Shown here piece by piece: positions 61,401-64,000 of a DNA stretch of 64,000 bases. The position numbers were made by a program, and so were the translations under genes. Numbering within the stretch: position 1 is the stretch's first letter; every line of letters starts with the position of its first letter. The notes beneath the pieces were generated by a model. It made no database searches. It was not told the DNA's origin and saw nothing but the letters and a program-made list of their open reading frames with translations. Source of the stretch: a virus (lineage: Duplodnaviria > Caudoviricetes); the IMG/VR virus record IMGVR_UViG_3300020045_010460, positions 7,800 through 71,799 of that record; one strand, given 5' to 3'.

Positions 61401-62168
61401 TTAGCTTTCTTTTTTATTGTTATTTTGTAATTCTTTTATTTTGTTTTTACTTTCTTGCGGAAAACCTTGCTGATTAAACCAATTTACAAAACCTGCATCA
61501 GCTAATACAGCTTTATCTTTGTTTTTAGAGAAATTCCACTTTACAACACCATCTATATCAGTATACATTTTTCCTGCTAAATCAAACCGTTTCTTATTGC
61601 CTTGCATAAAACTATCAATAGCCCCGACAGTTTCTAAAGCATCCTCTGTTGTTTCTTTTAGTCTTGGAATTAGTAAGTCTGCAATTTCTTTAGTGGCATT
61701 TATGTCGTGTATTGCCGAGTGAGCACCTTCTAATTCTTTTCCAGTCAGTCTTTTATAAACCTCCGATAAGGTATTTGGATACAATAAACGGTAAAGTTTA
61801 ATTACATCTAATAAATTAGGACTCCAATTAATTCCTTCCAAACCTGCTCTTTCAAATTCGGCGGACAAAAGGGGAACATCATAATTATCTGAATTAAAGC
61901 CAGCTAAATCACAACCATCAAACCAATTTCTAATAGCTTGAGCATACTGTTTAAAAGTTGGTAAGTCTTTAACCATTTCATCTGTAATTCCGTGAACTTC
62001 ACTTGCTTCTAGTGGAATTGGAATGGTTGGATTTACTTTAATAGTTTTTTCTTCTTGTGTGCCATTAGGATTGTATTTAATACAAGCTAACTCTACAATT
62101 CTTGCTGATTCTGTTTCTACTCCTGTTGATTCTATATCGAAGTATATAATAGGTTTTTCTAATTTCAT
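61401..62168 (-). CDS. DEDDh 3'-5' exonuclease (DNA Pol III epsilon-like)
   Basis: YFDIESTG, AGFNSDNYDVPLL, AHSAIHDI. Confidence 0.88.
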   Translation of the reverse strand: MKLEKPIIYFDIESTGVETESARIVELACIKYNPNGTQEEKTIKVNPTIPIPLEASEVHGITDEMVKDLPTFKQYAQAIRNWFDGCDLAGFNSDNYDVPLLSAEFERAGLEGINWSPNLLDVIKLYRLLYPNTLSEVYKRLTGKELEGAHSAIHDINATKEIADLLIPRLKETTEDALETVGAIDSFMQGNKKRFDLAGKMYTDIDGVVKWNFSKNKDKAVLADAGFVNWFNQQGFPQESKNKIKELQNNNKKES

Positions 62169-62351
62169 AATATTAACCTAAAAAGTTATCACTCAATACC
62201 TGTCTCTTTAATTCCTCCATATCTTTTAGCAACAACTTTTGTACTTTTTTAGATACTTCTACAACTGTGTTGTTTGATTTCCCTCTAAACAAATAGTCTT
62301 TGTCTTTATGCGTTATGCAATATCCATCTTTAAACTCTTCTATTTTCATAA

Positions 62352-63043
62352 TTACAATATTATTAAGTTATCAAACCATTCTCTATGTACATCGTTTCCT
62401 GATTCATCAGAATAACCACTTAATTGGTGTCCTCTTAATACCATTCCTAAATTCATAGCTTCTAATGTTGCATTAAATAACTCTTTGCCTGTGTATAAAG
62501 CTTCCATCTCTATTCTTGCTAATTTATATCCTTCCTCAAATCTATCAAACTCTCTCCAATCATCTCCATCAAACTTTTCAGTTGAGTACCCTTTTATTTT
62601 TTCATACTTACTAAGTAAAACACTTTCTTCTGTTGTCATAATGTTTATTTTTTGTAAAGATAATAATTATTATATTATAAACCTATTTATTTTTTAATTT
62701 TATTAAACCATTTATCTATATCCCATCTATCAGGAAACTCATTATGAAATTTAATTAGTATTCCTCTGACTTCTTCTTCTGTATAAAGTTTTTCTGTTTT
62801 ATCTTTTTCCGCGAAAAGTTCTAAATAAACAGATTCATAAATCCAATCACCTGTCATTACATTTTTATACCCCGCGTAACCAGAGCTTCTTTCAAACTCC
62901 CAATTACTTTTGTTATTAAAATCTTCTTGTCTTTCTTTTTCCTGTCTTTCAACGTATCTTTCAAATTTTGCTAAAGCTTTTTCATCAGATTTATCATAAG
63001 GAATACCTTCTAATATTTCAAACTCTTTTATGTATTCTTCCAT
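62352..63043 (-). CDS. Two hypothetical proteins (62352-62639, 62687-63043)
   Basis: ORF track; both contain an LYTxxE[LV] motif. Confidence 0.5.
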
Positions 63044-63111
63044 AATTATTTATTTTATTCTACAAAGTTACTAATTATTTTTGGCAAAACAAAATAAAAC
63101 AGAAGATTTTT

Positions 63112-63945
63112 TCATAATTTTATATTATTTAAAGGAGACTGTATTCTTGAAATATGTGCATTACTAACGTGTAAATAACACTGAGTTGTCTTTATTGAAT
63201 TATGCCCCAATTCCTTCTGTATAGTTCTTAAATCAACCCCTTGTTCTAATAAAGCTGTAGCGTGAGAGTGCCTAAACTTATGAGGAGACACAACAGATTG
63301 CACATTAGCTTCAATCTTAAATTTCTTTAAGAACTGCCTGACACTTCCTGCACTATATTGCCTAAAAGTTAAATCATTTTCAAACAGCCACTTTTTTGGT
63401 CTGTATTCTCTATAATAATTTTCAATTAGTTTTAGCAAATTATCATTAAGTGGTACATATCGTTCTTTATTTCCTTTACCAATAATTCTAATGCATCCAT
63501 CAACTCTTTTTATGTCAGATAATTGAATACCTATTAATTCGGCAATTCTAATACCTGTGCCGTAAAGAACTGCCATTATACACCTGTGTTTAAGATTCTC
63601 GCAAACATCGAACAGTTTTTGAACATCACTTTGGTCTATGATGATTGGTAGTCTACTCTCTTTTTGGGGGAAAGGGATTCTATCTATTTTATTTGGCATT
63701 CGAACTGTAAGCCTGTAAAATGCTTTTATAGCGCACAAATTGGCTTTTCTTGTGTTGATGGTCTTGAACTCCAACAGGTATTTTGCAATAACTTCTGTGG
63801 GTATCGCTTTTGGCTGTTCGTAATTCTGAAACCTGTTTAAAAATACTGCAACACACGACTTATAATTATTCCTAGTTTGCGCTGAATTTGTATATTTCAT
63901 ATTACAATCTAAGGAAAATCTTTCTAACCATTTTCCTGAATCCAT
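63112..63945 (-). CDS. Tyrosine recombinase/integrase with N-terminal SAM-like domain
   Basis: Full catalytic set: GIRIAE (R), GKGNKER (K), HKFRH (HxxR), LGH, TQCYLH (Y). Confidence 0.9.
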   Translation of the reverse strand: MDSGKWLERFSLDCNMKYTNSAQTRNNYKSCVAVFLNRFQNYEQPKAIPTEVIAKYLLEFKTINTRKANLCAIKAFYRLTVRMPNKIDRIPFPQKESRLPIIIDQSDVQKLFDVCENLKHRCIMAVLYGTGIRIAELIGIQLSDIKRVDGCIRIIGKGNKERYVPLNDNLLKLIENYYREYRPKKWLFENDLTFRQYSAGSVRQFLKKFKIEANVQSVVSPHKFRHSHATALLEQGVDLRTIQKELGHNSIKTTQCYLHVSNAHISRIQSPLNNIKL

Positions 63946-64000
63946 ATCTTAAGTATTAGTTTTATTGGTGTTTACAAAGTATTTACATATATAACCGTTA

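Larger units (their letters stand above)
9345..63070. promoter_or_regulatory. Series of Bacteroidota sigma-A-type -7 boxes (TAnnTTTG)
   Basis: Plus strand: 9345, 18278, 21137, 26929. Minus strand: 33268, 36821, 40401, 40657, 46341, 49979, 50663, 51585, 55587, 56524, 58305, 63063. Each is intergenic and oriented with the downstream gene. Confidence 0.75.

Noticed and set aside
665-61722. Short antisense ORFs in the track (e.g. 665-850, 13800-14234, 22574-22798, 43094-43417, 61519-61722)
   Set aside because: They overlap long, motif-bearing genes on the opposite strand and have shadow-ORF composition.
1-64000. CRISPR array, DGR or retron
   Set aside because: No regularly spaced direct repeats, no reverse transcriptase YxDD ORF, and no template/variable repeat pair seen.
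1-64000. Stop-codon reassignment as in some crAss-like phages
   Set aside because: Long genes are uninterrupted in the standard code and no suppressor tRNA was seen.

Overview
A 64-kb segment of an AT-rich, probably lytic dsDNA phage of a Bacteroidota (likely Flavobacteriaceae) host, with crAss-like/Cellulophaga-phage-like organisation. The host call rests on repeated TAnnTTTG sigma-A promoter boxes and A-rich leaders without Shine-Dalgarno sites. Positions 1-26.8 kb (+) hold a virion module: a tail stabilisation-like protein with an inserted vWA domain, a lambda-R-type muramidase, five very large putative virion proteins, a CX5R phosphatase and two free-standing homing endonucleases. Positions 26.9-31.3 kb (+) are small accessory genes, including a SLOG protein and a signal-peptide beta-barrel. 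Positions 31.3-64 kb (-) hold early and replication genes: T5 A1-like protein, primase-like protein, family-B DNA polymerase, SF4 helicase, MazG-like protein, NrdG, intein-containing NrdD, three adjacent nuclease-fold genes, a decayed IS200/IS605 TnpB element and a tyrosine recombinase. The least explained signals are non-coding: (i) a CTGTTTT-W(n)-TTTT-GCG motif with about 18 copies in both orientations in the right-hand 37 kb; (ii) five 11-1-11 Fur-box-like palindromes, three at a near-fixed distance from promoters; (iii) a 144-nt tRNA-Ala-like RNA within a larger structured ORF-free region; (iv) a leader with two hairpins whose loops are complementary. All family assignments come from motif recognition by eye; no database searches were run.
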